Shown here: one piece after another, positions 48,211 to 61,977 of the stretch
Layout: each line of letters opens with the position of its first letter
How positions within the stretch are numbered: the stretch's first letter is position 1
Assembly (NCBI GenBank): GCA_973895155.1
Contig: OZ316891.1
Span: 14,911,037-14,975,036, forward strand
From: Marsupella aquatica
Taxonomy: Eukaryota > Plantae > Marchantiophyta
Length of the DNA stretch: 64,000 bases
Direction of reading: 5' to 3'
Notes under the pieces: model-generated
Told to the model about the DNA's origin: nothing
The model's database searches: none
The model's input: the letters and a program-made list of their open reading frames with translations, nothing else
Position numbers and translations under genes: made by a program

Positions 48211-51200
48211 ATGGACGACTACATGAAGGAGATGATGGATCTGAAGACGCTCGTCACTAAGACGCTGGAAAAGAAGGGCGTAATGGCTCGCATTCGGGTA
48301 AGGCTTGGGATTCGCTTGGCGCTGGGGCTCTTTGCATGCGCTCGAGCTCTCCCTTCTCTGCTTTTTTCTGCTTTCTTTGGGTTTTGAAGGCATCGAAGCG
48401 AGAAGAAGGTTGACATAACAGGGTACAATTGGTTGCACTTCGGTGTCATCGTCCATTCCATTGCATTGAATTGCATTGCATTGCGTTCCTGTTGCGTGCG
48501 TTGGGGAACGGCGAGCTACGGTTGCATCGCTTCGGGTTAGTCCGCACGGGGAACGCGACTGATTCCGTGAAGTTTGTGCTTCTGTCTAGTTTACTTACTT
48601 TTGCGATCTTCGAAGAATCATTCTGCCAAGTTCCTTTGGGCGCTTTTGCCTCATTGACCGAGTAGATGGAGAAGAGCAATGTAATGGGGGGTTACTTCAG
48701 TGCATAATGTGAGTTGAAGGATGGGGAACGACTTCGATATCATCATTCTGTGAACCTGCGTTGGGATTGGTTGATTGATTGATAGTTGGTTCTTGCAGGC
48801 CGAGCTGAGGGCTAATATATTTCAAGCAATAGAAGAGCAGGACCATGTTACAGAAGGCGAAGGTGGTGAGAGCTTTGCTCTGCTTGGACAATGCAATGAA
48901 AGGGCCAAGCAACTTCATGCTACTCCTGCAGGCAATGTCCTGCTCACCTATCGCTCAATTTAAGATAAGAAAATGAAAAAAGTAAAAAACAACCCATCTG
49001 GCGGATCTTCAGTGTTCTGTGGTGGAATCGTAAGAAGTCAGCTTCATTCCTCCGGACTGCTATTCTCTTGGCGTAACCATACGTCCGTTATGTGGCTGCA
49101 GGCAAGCTGTTGACTGGGCTTCTCTGTGAATACCTGGCGTGGTGTGAATTGGACCGCACATTGCATGTGTATTTGCCAGAGCTCAACCAGGTACTGAACC
49201 TATAGCAAGTGCTGGGTAATGGTACTGGAAGCACAGCAACCATTGTTTTCTGTCAGTTTCTTTTGGTCCTTGCGTGCAGGGCTTCGCACGACGCTGAAAG
49301 TGCATGTAGTAACAATTACGTGATACATTTGTGCGCAGCAAAAGCCCTATTCAAGGTCTGAGTTAGAAGAATTGTTGGAGATAAAGAACGATAAGAACTC
49401 TGCGTCAGGTTCTGCAGAATCTCGACCACTGTTACTCGAAGTTCTAGATGGATATTTGAAGTATGAGGTACGAATTCAGAGGTTCCCTCTTTGGATCCAG
49501 GAGATGTGAGGCTTAGAGGAAAATGAACCGCAGATTAATGGCTTCGGGATAAATAATGTGGCTACTGTAGTAGCATATTCCTAAAGCGAAGTCCGTGAAT
49601 ACAATCTTTAGCCACCTTTCTACCAATTTGGCTTTAAGACTTCCCTTTGTTGAGGTCCTTTCGCCATGAAATCAATCCGAATCATGGCTTCATCAAGAGC
49701 AGGGTCCTAAGACTCACATGGGAAAGGAAGGCATTGAAGTTGTGTTTATTTTCAACTTCTGTCTGAAGTCTAGAGAGTTCCCCAGCATGAATTCTAGTGC
49801 AGTGTGCCTTAGTTCAGAGAAACAAGTGTGGCACGAACTATGAACAATTCATTGATGTATCTTTTAACCGGGTCTTATGCAGTTGCTTTGGTTGTTGGGG
49901 ACATCAAAAGGATTGTAATCGAGTTGTGTTTGCCCAGATACACAAGTCTAGATTATGTCTGACAGGCAAACACAGTACAATGATATTGAATCTAACTTGT
50001 TGCTTGATTCCTTTCTCCAGACAAGTTTAGTGAAGGACTCATATGCCGTATCTTCTTCCAATTTGCCAAGACCGTCTAAGACTTCATCAAAACCTTTGAC
50101 GAACGGCGTAGACATTGGAGATGAGGACTTGACCGGGGCACTTGAATCAAGATTGAATTTGTCCAAGTAAAGCTCCAGGGACCTTTTTTTCTATCGGTCT
50201 GGTACATGATATTTTCAACTCAGGCGGCATGAATGAATTGACAAAATCCCTGTGCTTTGCTCTGTCTTGGCAAGGTGCGAGCAAGGTCACTGCGAATTCT
50301 GGTTGGAAGTAACGGTGCAACCGGTTTATGTAGATTCGTCATTCAGAGTCAATCTCCAATATAAACGGGCCACAATTTGGGAGTATAGATTGTTTAACTC
50401 CCACGGGCTGGGTTCTGACTTCGCCAATTATTCCCGTTCATTTGTGGGAGTTTCTGTCTGCAAAAGAGCCAGGTGGATTGGAAGTGAAGTTTGGAAGTGA
50501 AGTTTATCTTAACACCTGCTGTCTCCACTTGGCTCATGTTTACGGCCAGTGGTAGATGAGTTCCATACAGGAAGTCACTTAGAGGGGATATACCTGTGGC
50601 AGCCTTGTACTTCTCAGCCAGAACGAGAAGATTAACAATTTTAGATCAATCTGGGCGAGCCAACCAAGGCAGGACTGTGTGCATAGTCCTAAAGATAATG
50701 ACTCACATGGGCCTTTAAGAAGTTTTTACGAACGTCATTTTTCCATCTCTCCCCCATCTCCAGATTTTGAGTTATTGGCAGAGCTTCAGGGCTTTTGCTA
50801 GAGCTGGAAGCTGGAAGCTCTCGTCAAGCATTGTGGTTCGGGGTTTAAAAGATGTCACTGACCTGTAAAGGTAGATTCAGAAGAATTTGAATTCAGATTT
50901 TCTTGATACTTGTGTCTAATGCTTGGCAGCAAGGTAGTCGATCAGATGATATCGTCCCCTGACACCCTTGTGGAGGTATTCTCCGGGGGAACTTCGGTAT
51001 GTGCTCAGCTTCATCTTTCATATCTGCTAATAAACTCAACCACTTGAAGGACGGAAGATAATAGTCAGGTTCACATCCGAGTAGTTGTAAGGTTAGGAGG
51101 GTGCGTTGTTTGGTGTTTTGATAATATTGAGGTTCACTACGGTTGGACTCCTTTGCTTGATATGCTGGCTGCCCTTCACAAATTGACGGTGGCCAAATCT

Positions 51201-54200
51201 TGTGTTCTAAGAATCAAAGACGATATTCTGTGATCATCTTCTCACTAACAAGAGATATAGAAAATTGATTTGTTATTTCTCCGGGACTGCTTGACGTCAC
51301 TATTATTTGTCTACTTAAATCTTTCAGATAGGGGCTTGAATACGATACAACATTACTTGGTAGCTTTACTTCCCCCTTGGATCGCTGCCGCTCTTGAATC
51401 CACACTATCTTTCAAATACAGTTCTCTTAATATTCATAATATTTTCACTAAAGTGTGAGAGTTCAAACATAGACAGAACAGGATGTTTTCTCTGCAGGGC
51501 ATGTTGACTTTTCATATGTTTTCGTCCTTGACTGTTCAATCAATTGTTGACTCCCAGCAGCCAGAGGCTGGTGCACCAATCAAGCCCCATGCGAGCAATC
51601 TGCGACCTGGTAGAATTTTGACACCAGGGATTACTACACTTTTAATGGTAAAGCCTGACGAGGCTCTCAAGGATGTCAACAAGCCCTCCGGCAGATTATC
51701 CCTACTGGGGGATTTGCCCCCAATTTCAGGAAGGAGTGGAGGGCAAGTTTCTAAACCTCTGTCGATGAAACAGTGTAAGCCTTGTCTTTGATTCCAAGGA
51801 ACCTAGGTGCATGCCTTTGTTGCGCTTGTAAGATACGGAGTATTCCCCTCGCGATGACGAAGCATGACGGCATTGCTTCTATTCCATGAAGAATTATCTA
51901 AACCAGCAATGATAACTTGCTTTTTAACGTTTATGGCACACAAATGAACTTGTGAACAGTTCTTAGCCGTATTTTTGCAATGGTAGATTTAGTCATGATC
52001 TATCTTCGCCTGCGCATACAACTGTCTTAAATAATCAAAAGGGGATTGAATGATTAACCTTCTGAGGTGCCAAACGAAATTCGCTTCACATTGTATGCTT
52101 GCAGACTTGCTCCAATGGTTCTAGGAAATAGTAGTTGGAGAGCCAATGGCAAAGTCAGTGCAGGAGGAGATAACCCTGAGTCTACTGATGTGTCGGTCAC
52201 TGGTTCGTATTCATTCAGGTGCTTGGTCATATTTTCTTTGGATGCATCCTCTTCACTGGATCTCTCTTTAATAAGACTCAATTCATTGGAGACAGATTCA
52301 GAGTTATAAATCTTGGCCGCAATAAGGCCCTTTGAGATGCGTGTTTTTTGCTAATGAACTGGAATACAAACCTTCAGCTGCCATGCCTAAAAGTTGTACT
52401 TCCGCTGGACCTGGCTGCGACCTGCCAGGCACCTGTAATCTACTCATGGTTGCTTCCAGCTACGGAACCGTCCAAATTGGTTGTGTTTCCTCTTCTTAGG
52501 CTATTCTACAAGGTGGAATTAAAGTTCTTAGTGATTAACAATCTAGCTAGATTCTGATGTTCATTATATCAGTCGTGCATCAGGAATGCATAGTAGTCAT
52601 GGCTTTGGAGGTGTGGGTGGCCGGGTCGGCCATCCAAAGCGAGAAAGTCCACCTCAAGACGTTGATACAATTCAAGCTAGGATTGTGGGCGAGAAGCAGT
52701 ATGGCGATGTTTTGGAAGAAGCGACCACAAAACGATACTGGGCAGAAACAGGAAACAATCTTGATGGGAGCATTCGTGATTTGGAATTTAAACCTGCTGA
52801 CTCAGAGACAGTGGATACCTTGTCTTTGACATTTCAACAATATGCACGGGATAAACCTGAAGACAACAGCACACCCTGCACTGCAGCCTCTCCAGACCTT
52901 GTCAAATCTTTTGTAACAGAAGGTTCCTCATCGTTATTCAAAATCTCTTAGAAATTCCTGAAAGGAAGTCGAAATTGTTGGTGGGGCAAGTAGATGAGAC
53001 CTGTCCGTTTCTGCTTTGTTGAATCTCACCGAGCTATCCCAATTGGTCTGGTGCAATGCTTCATTACTATCCTTTCCTATCTGTAATGTGTTGTTTCTTT
53101 AAAATGATACGTCTTGACAGTTGAAGTCCACATCAGCACCATCTACACAATTCTGGCGCTACCACTCCTTGGTTCATGTTCAACCCAACGTAAGGCTGAA
53201 AGTCATAGAAGAAGTAATTGTAGAACTTAAAATTGTTGCCGGTAGAACATCCAGCTTAGTCAAGATTATCAGATCTTGGTTATTAGCCCAAGATTTACAT
53301 TTATGTGCGGCTCACGTACAGGTGATGACACCTCACATGCGAGGCTAGAGACTGGTGAACTGTACTATTCCCAGCCAAAAGATACCTTCCAGTCGCTGCC
53401 GTCTCTGGATAAGATGACCACCTTGTCGAGTGCATCCGAATTACGGTTTGGTCCTGCCGCCCTCAGTTGTACCTGTCTATTTGTATTCATCCAACTGGAT
53501 CGCAGTAATAAATTCTTTCAATAATTCGTACTGATATAACGTAGCAACTGGCAACTTCATGGTACTGGTCTGTAGTTTTTTCTTCAACAAGACACCCTTT
53601 CTGTTCTGCTCGACCTTCGTGGTGCAGATTGATTTCTATTACTGATCAGACAAGTATACTTCTAGCTCCCCGGTTTTATATATGTTTCACGGATACTAGT
53701 AAGAAAGGAACAAGTACACCAGTTACAGTTAAGAGGCCCTAAATGTAGAACTGTTTGGACGATTTCTGACTGCTATCCTTAATGCTTATAATTTGTTGAA
53801 CTCTCGCCATAAATCCTTTTATTAGACGTCAGCACGTCTGAAAGCTACTGTACATGTTTTGAATCCTCGCCTTGTCGTGCAAAAGGAATACGAGGTTCTC
53901 GGCCGATTTCTACAGTGAAAGTGATGATGAAGCCCCCAGTCTGTAAGTATGGAAACACTTATTCTGCTGGGATCCTTTCTTCAAATCGGCACTTGTGTGA
54001 AGCACTAATGCTTCCAGTGTGGAAATGAAAATGAAACAGTTTTTACTCAAGATTTGGTCAATGTCTAATTCTTGAGGTGATGAAAGCTATCTTATACGCA
54101 TTTGAACCTGTCAATTTAGTGTGGAAGAGGACTTCAATGACAACAGTGATGGGCAAAGTGATCGGCAGTTTTATCATTGAAGGTTTGCCGGGCATTAATG

Positions 54201-54565
54201 TTATTGTTTTATGCTATTATGTCAACTTACACAGCCACTTAAATAGATGCTTCTCAGAGATCAATCCAAACTTGTCATAGAAGAAGCCATGCGCAAGAAT
54301 GTTGATGAAAGCTTTTTTCAAGATCTCCTGTTGCATTAAATTAGCTATCAAATCCTAGCCTAGTATGAAAAACCTTGGTATGAATCGAGGATAGAGATGT
54401 GGGCGAGTTCTTGAGGGTGCTGCCACTCCTAAAAGTTTGTGGTACGCTGCTGGTATTTCAGACGGAGAGGACTCGAATGAAGAAGTGGAATATCAACCGG
54501 ACGATGAGCCTGATGCCAAGACAACAAACTTGATATTGAGGAGGACAGATGTGAAGACGTCTTGA
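48211..54565 (+). CDS. TON1: TONNEAU1/FOP(CEP43)-like protein. Confident exons: 48211-48297, 48799-48931, 49102-49190, 49339-49467. Probable further exons near 50021-50166, 51560-51774, 52575-52905, 53322-53447, 53826-53942, 54113-54146 and 54462-54565
   Basis: MDDYMKEMMDLKTLVTKTLEKKGVMARIRAELRANIFQAIEE (TOF), GKLLTGLLCEYLAWCELDRTLHVY (LisH) and RPLLLEVLDGYLKYE (PLL) closely follow plant TON1. The 3' exons are inferred from splice signals only. Confidence 0.85.
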
Positions 54566-55371
54566 AGATAAACTTGAAGAGGGCATGCCTTGCTTAAAAA
54601 CTGATGATTCAATTTACTTTTCCTTAATTGAGGATAATGAGTTGATTCTGATCAACGAGTCAATGAACCCATTAGTCAAATTAACACGTAAAGCCAATTT
54701 TAGTCGGGAGTACCCACTATGTAGAGTTGAGCATAACAAACAATGTAAAGAGATAGATATCTCAGGCCACAACTAGTTGGAATTGTGGGTGTGTAGAAAA
54801 TACCTTCTTGATCATAAGCCATGGATGGTTACACTCTTCACAAGTATATAAATAGGACAAACTTGGTTTGATCTGCTTTTATGAGCAAATTTTCACATGG
54901 ATGTGGATTTAGTTTCTCCGAGAATATATGTGATATGTGTGCACAGATTGCTTTGATCTATGTGAGAGAAAAATATAATTCTATTTGAAATAGACTGGGT
55001 ATCACAAGTGTATTTGTAAAATCTCAGTCAGTTATCTACAGTAGGTTTAGGTTCACCCCTCCCACCCCTCCAGGTTGCTAATCTCTTCATCTTAGTTAGC
55101 TATCTCAGCAGAAAGTACTGAAGTTGAACTTTACCTACGATTAATGACACTACTTTATTCACTCTTGCATTCACTACTTATGCACATGACATTGGAACTT
55201 ACCTTCAAACTCCATCCACAGGTGGGTGATCCTTGTTGGAAAAGCACTTTGAACACACAGGGGGTTTGGTCAAAAACCTTTTGCATGCAACAACTAAATC
55301 CTTGTTAGCTCTACTAGGCTTTTCAGTTTGATGCTCACTAGTAATTTTTTGTTCCTTAGCTGTATGGGACT

Positions 55372-55832
55372 TGCAGGCTTTTTGGCCCTTTGATCTTGTG
55401 GGTTGTTTCTGGCGTTTTCCTGAGTTTCTAGCCTTTGGGATTATGTCTTCTGTTTGGCCCTTTCTGTTTTTTGACAGCTTGACAATTGTTGGAAAGGCAT
55501 TTCACCTTTGTATAGGGTTTGTACTTTGGGGAATTGACTACAGAAGCCCACAGGAATCATGTGCTACTAGAAATAAACAATATTTGAGTGATATTTATAT
55601 TGTGATTTAATGTGGCAGGTTTTGGCTCTTGGTCTTGTGGGGGTTGTCCATCGTTTTCCCCCCTCTATTGTTCCTAGCCTTTAGGATCATGTCTCTTGTT
55701 TGGCCCTTTTTGTTTTTTGACAGTTCTAAAATTGTTGAAAAGGCATTTCACATATGTACAGGATTTGTACTTGGGGGCATTGACCACAAAAATCCGCAGG
55801 AATTACCTGCTACTAAAAATTAAAAATATTTT
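55372..55832. repeat. ~243-bp diverged tandem duplication
   Basis: Units at ~55372 and ~55615 share TGTTTGGCCCTTT.TGTTTTTTGACAG, AAAGGCATTTCAC, TTTGTACTT.GGGG and CAGGAAT..TGCTACTA. Confidence 0.8.
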
Positions 55833-57232
55833 TGAAAATATGCAGGCGGTTGGCAGGTAAAAGAAAGTAATGCACACTCATATATTAAGACTATTATTAA
55901 ACATATCATTTTTTGAAGTAAAATAGTGTACTAAAAGTGGAAATAAATAATGTTTTGGAATTTGCTGGTACAGTTAACTGCTAACTGTTTGACCTACAGA
56001 AGGAAAATATGCAAGTTTTCCACAAGAAAAAACATTTTATGGCCTACTTTAGAAATACACAATGATAACAGCAAAAAGCAACACTGTTAAGAAAAGAATA
56101 CACTGGAACAATGGGGAATGCAACATGTAGAGGGGGGCACCTGAGATGTTCAAGATCTGGCCCAGCCCACATTAATGTCCTGCTCAGGCCTCCATTGTCT
56201 TCTATCCATAGACAACCTTAACCTTGAGATTTTGTTCTCCAATGGCTTAGGGAAGTTGGTACATCCAAATCTCTACATACCTGAGAGGATTCCTTTATGC
56301 AGCAGATGGTCAGGACCAAACCACATCTTCTCCTTGATTCTAAATTTCTCATAAAGTTGTCGATGTCACTTCCCAATTTTGGTCAGGATCGAACCAAATT
56401 GTCTCCCTAACATTGGTAAAAAGACTATACACATTTCCAATCTTTGAACAGGTATGGGGCTAGGCATGGTTTCCAATCTCCATAGTGGTCAATGCCAATT
56501 GTAGACTAATATGGGTGAATGTACGATAGCACCCGCTTTTGTCGATCCCAGGTGTAAGACAACAAGGTAACCAGCTTGACCGATTCAGGCTCTAGCATGG
56601 TGTGTCTGTTGTGGTTGGGGCTGACCAAGTGGAGCTCTACTACTCTACTGCAGTAGTGACTAGGTACTACTCTACAGCGGTAGTAATTAGGTTAATGCAA
56701 AAAACAATAATTAAGTATTTTAGGCGCCCAGTCCAATGAAGTGATACCCCCACAATAGTAAGCTACCCTTTTGGGGAAATTGCGTGGAAATTCCCGGTGA
56801 AATTCAATTCTTGACATAACAGCTTGATTTTTTGTTAAGACCAGATGCCAGAACTAAAACAAGGAGGACAGTGAGATCCACTCCATTGCCATCTGTTTTG
56901 TTGAATTGTGTTTATTGTTGTATTATTATGTTGCCACCTTTTTCCACAGCTGGTTGAGTATAGTCATCCTTGTTAGCTTGGAATGATCCAACAATCAGCG
57001 TTGGACAATCCTCACCATACTCCAATTAACCTGAAAACCCTTGCCTGCCCTTGACCAAGGGGGCCAAGGGAGTGGGCCTGGGCAACGAACTAGGAGGGGC
57101 CTGGAGCACAATAAGAGATCCAACCTAAGAGTGTTAAACCTACAGTAGAATACATGGATGACCAAGTCATGGTGAGTGTCATATTGTTTCAAGTTAACTA
57201 TAGTTACTTTGCTTTAACCAGCAGTGGAAAAA

Positions 57233-58888
57233 TGTTAGGATTTACTCTTAGGTCTAGAGTTACGACTGTACCGTAGTTAAGGCTAACCTTAGTCGTAGAC
57301 TTGGTTAGGTTAGTCATGTTGTGCACACTCTATAACCAAACGGTGTTTGCTTGAAGAGTGGGAACTCAGGCTCATTGTTACGGAGCTAGTTGAGAGATAG
57401 AGAGAGCTTGCGCTGTGGATGCTTGGTATGGCCGGTCGGCCTAGAGTGCAGTAAAGCTCATGTGTGTTCACGTGGACGTAGCCTCATGTGGAGGTGAACC
57501 ACGTATCTCTCTGTGTCAACTCTTATGCGTTGGATGGTTCATGCGCTTGCCGTTGCGATTGTCGTCTATGCTTAACAATTGGTATTAGAGCATGCTTGGG
57601 AGGTGACGAGGTTTTTTCGTGACAGTTTTTCAGCGTTTAGTGTCGGTGTTAGATTCGGAGTTTCGTCGCATAAAACTTGAATGTGTGTGGCTGAGCGGAG
57701 AGATTAGTGAGAGGGCTTTCTATTGGTGTATAGAACTCACTGGTTGGTATCCGTTGAGTGGAGGAATCAAAGTTTGTGTCGTTCTGAAGTTTTTGTGTTC
57801 AACGGTTTTTTGGGGGAGAGACCAGAGCTCGTGTTTTCAACGGTGTGATCTATGTGGTGTGGGAGGCGTCGCATGTTATAGCTGAAGTTGGAGGTTGTGG
57901 TGAGCTGGTCATCTCGGTAGCTGAGTTGCTGCCGAGTTGTTACCGAGTGCGTTGTGACGAGTGAAGGAGGCGTTCAGATTTTTTTCACAGGCTATGGAGA
58001 TTGTTCCCATCTGAACCGGGTTTCTCATTGTGACGTCCAACTCGGAGGAAGAAATGCGAAGTGCTACGGCTTAACGGTTTGATCGTGATGAGGCGGTCGT
58101 TTGGAATCCGGGATTAGCACTTGACGCGGAGAAAGTGAGTTGCAACAAAAGGTTTTTTCCTCTACTGTATGTGTAGAGGTGCCGGTTCAATTCGGCAACT
58201 TTTCACAATTGGTGCACTTCACTTTCTCAAGCTAAACACGGCGATTAGGTTTGTAACATGGCCTTTGTTGTGCTTAATTTGGCAATTTTTTTTGGGTTAC
58301 TACAAGGTGATTGTTCGTGTGTCCCCGCACCTTTGATCAATACCCAGCCCTCCCCACTCATGACTGTTTGTGCAGCGCTGGCCGGTGCAAAAACAGCCGC
58401 ACGGACTCTCGGCCCGGCTCGCAGTGTACACGGCTGCGAAGCAGCCGCCCGATTTTTTTCTCCCTTCGCGAGCCGGCCCCGCCATACCCCGCCCCTTTAC
58501 TCTTTCTGCAGCCAACGATTGTCGGAGGCCGTCGCGAAGTCGCAGGGTGACTTCATACCACCCCGGCCTGGCCATCTTGCCTGTATTCGCCCCGTCCATG
58601 CCCTGCGTACTCCGGGTATGTGAGTACCCCCGGCCCTTATACTTGTGTTTTTACAAAAGGGCTTAAACCCCTCTTTTAAGGCTCATTTTTACGGAGCTAG
58701 TTGAGAGATAGAGAGAGCTTGAGCTGTGGATGCTTGGTATGGCCGACCGGCCTAGAGTGCAGTAAAGCTCATGTGTGTTCCCGTGGACGTAGCCTCATGT
58801 GGAGGTGAACCACGTATCTCTCTGTGTCGGCTCTTGTGCGTTGGATGGTTCATGGGCTTGCCGTTACGATTGTCGTCTATGCTCAACA
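57233..58888 (+). mobile_element. Ty1/Copia copy 3, internally deleted: 5' LTR + PBS + leader fused to the distal 210 bp of an LTR
   Basis: LTR at 57233-57577; PBS at 57580; leader homologous to copies 1 and 2; LTR fragment at ~58679-58888; flanks (G)AAAAA / GAAAA; no gag-pol. Confidence 0.92.
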
Positions 58889-58910
58889 GAAAACACAAAA
58901 CACGTGGCAA

Positions 58911-61325
58911 ACTAGTGTAGGAAATCTTAGAAACCAGGAATGCAAAACCATAATTAGAGCCAAAATTGTTGGGGTTTTCACAAAAACAATAGCAATCTTT
59001 AATTCAACTAAAAATAGTTGCAGGGCTTAAATCTTAGAAACCAGGAATGCAAAACTAAAGAGCCAAATTTCTTGGGGTGTTCATGAGTACAATAACAACC
59101 TTTTATTAATCTGAAAGTTGCAATGTAGTAAATCTTAGAAACCAGGAATGCAAAATCAAAGAGCCAAAATTCTTGGGGGTTTTCACAAATACAATAACAA
59201 TCTCTTATGATTTTACTAATACAGTGCAATAAAAAAACAAACAAACAAATACAGCGCATTGCAAAGTTACTTGTGAGGGCTACTTTGTAGAGTGAAACCT
59301 CTAGCCCATACCTCTCAATAAGGACAAAACAGAAAATATAGAGTGGACAACAAACAGAGATGGGGCAAAAATGAACTAGAAATAATATATAATCATTTTT
59401 GTTGCAGGATTCTTTTTAGTCTTGGTCTCTATTTACGGACCCCACTAGAGGTCCCTTCCAAAATTCCTGGCACCACAGCGTGCCACATCATCAACAACCG
59501 CAACAAACAAGACTCGTCGGTTTTGTGAATCAAACTTATAGTTTTCATTCGTGTTTATGTCAATTTGGGTGTAAATTTTGGGACACCATGCCGTAAAAAG
59601 AAAAGTAAAAACATTGGAAATACAAAGAACAAGATGGTTAAAACTGTCACTATGTAAACGTTTTAGTTACATTTCCAATTTTAAAACTTAAATTCAAAGA
59701 TTTATAAAAAGTATTTTTCATATAATAAATAATGACTAATAACTAACTTGATAACTTCCTTGTTAAACCGCAACTCCCGGTATGTAAGGACCTCTCGTAT
59801 TGTACGGCCATTAATGCTGGGAAGAGCACATAGAAACCCAGGATCGGGGAGGAGGAATGGCTGGAATCCTGAAAGTTCATCAAATTTTATACTCAAAACT
59901 ATTTACTCATTCTCAAAACAAAAAATACCCAATCGTAGATCTCATTGAGATCTTTCTTTTGCACCCTAGATCGCCTTCTAACATGGATGAATAAGATTTC
60001 TAGAGGCATTACAAAATGGACGGCAAAGATCGTAAAATCAACAAAATCGACGGCTAGGAAGGCTTGGATTTGTTTATTTTTTCATTTGAAAAATATTAAC
60101 CCATTTGCAAAACGGACAGAACCCATCCATAGATCTATTTGAGATCTTTCTTTTGAGCCATAGATTGACCATTATGATGGACGGACGAGATTTCTGGAGA
60201 TAAGAAATGGAGACGGCTTAGATCAACTCTTCCCCCTGATTTTATTAGCCAAGGGGTCCATGAACTAATTATGTTCAAGGACTTAGGGGGTGATAATCAA
60301 ATTAGGGTTGGGGGTGAAAATGGGGATGGGGGTGGAGTAGTGCGCCGCATTTGAAAATATGACTGCCTGTGAAGAGAGTCAATGGAGTAAGGGCCACATG
60401 TGAAGAGAGACAATGGATTAGGGAGGCTGTCTGTGAAGGGGCCAACTGTTGTCATTGAGGGTTGAGGGCTATGGTGAAACTACCAGCTCTTCTTCAATTA
60501 CTTGATGCAAGAAGATTTGATCAACTTCTTTCATTGAGGGTCTGCACTTTTCTATCCTCATCTCTATTGAGGTTCAAAGAACTAGTAGTCAGGCTAGTGA
60601 GAATGGGTAGTTGGGCTAGTTACACTAAAAGTTGTTGCAATGTAGTACATCTTAGAAACCAGGAATGCACAACCAAAGAGCCAAAATTATTGGGGTTTTC
60701 AGGAATACACAATCTTTTATCTAAGTAACAAAGCCTATTCAAAAACTACCCCCACTGCCTATTATCTAGAGTGAAATCTCTAAACCTCGAGTAGAATCTA
60801 ACTGATGGCATACCTGAAAGTGAGGGAAGTGAGGGTAGGAAGCAAACAAAATGTAGGATGGGACAAAGTAATAATGAAGCCTCAAATTAAAAATAGTTGC
60901 AACAGTGTACTAAAACTTAGAAACCCAGGGTGCAACCAAAAAGTAGGAGGGACAAAGTAATAATGAAGCCTCAAATTAGAAATAGTTGCAATATACTAAA
61001 ACTTAGAAACCCATAGCTTCTACATGTGCAACTGTGGTGTAAGGCTACAAGGAACGGGTAATGAGGCTAGAGTAGTTATACTAAAAGTAGTTGCAAACTA
61101 AAAATGGTTGCAATGTACTAAAACTTAGAAACCCATAGCTTCTATATATGCAACTGTGGTGTAAGGCTACAACGAACGGGTAATGAGGCAAAGAGTAGTT
61201 AAAACTAAAAATAGTTGCAAACTAATATTAGTTTGCTGAAATGTAGTAAAATCTTAGACACCAGGAATGCAAAAAGGAACCAAGGAAAGGAGAGCCAAAA
61301 TTGTTGATTTGTTGGGGTTTTCACG
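58911..61325. repeat. Clustered ~110-bp AT-rich repeat units (58911-59200, ~60630-60715, ~60890-61325)
   Basis: Recurring AAATCTTAGAAACCAGGAATGCAAAA..AGAGCCAAAATT.TTGGGGTTTTCA and TAGTTGCAA..TACTAAAACTTAGAAACCC. Confidence 0.8.
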
Positions 61326-61977
61326 AAGAGGGAAGCGAGGTCGGCGTACCGTACGCGAAGCTGGCGAGAATAGATTTTTTTCTCCGTGTGTAGCCTCTGT
61401 TCAGGTGGCGTCGTCTTCGTCGTTCCGTCGTCGATGGGATGATGCTCTCTAAACTACTACATTAGTACAGTACACTGCTGCCACTGCTGCCTCTGCGATG
61501 TTCCCGTGCTGCCATGAGTGCAGCAAAATGTCAAACAGCCTAAATTGTGCAGCAGCAGATCTGATGCACATTATCATGACTTCCCGGAGGTGTCCATAGA
61601 GTGGCCCCGTTCTTGCTTCAGACGATTCTCGTATCGGCGATGGTTTCGTCGCCGTCATCAGCAATTCGGGATCATTTACTGGATGGGCAGGAGCAGAAGT
61701 TTGGAAGTCTGATGAGCTCTAAGACTTTTCTTGTTTCTTCGGATGCCGATGCGGATTTACAGCTGGCTCGATAAAATGACAGAATCGCAGGAAGATTCAT
61801 ATTCGTGCGTTGGAGGAGGAGGAGACTGCTGTGGCGGCTTCCGTGCCCGGCGGCTTCTCCGCGATGCTGCAGGGCAAGGCAGTCGCGCAGTGCAAGGCAA
61901 GGCAGGGAGAGGGGCTGGGCAATTCTTCTCGGGCGATTTGCAGGCCTGGAAAAGTATGATGCAGTGAATATTAGTTA

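Noticed and set aside
59437-60259. Possible ~820-bp MITE with GGACCCC/GGGGTCC ends
   Set aside because: The inverted match is only 7 bp and there is no clear TSD.
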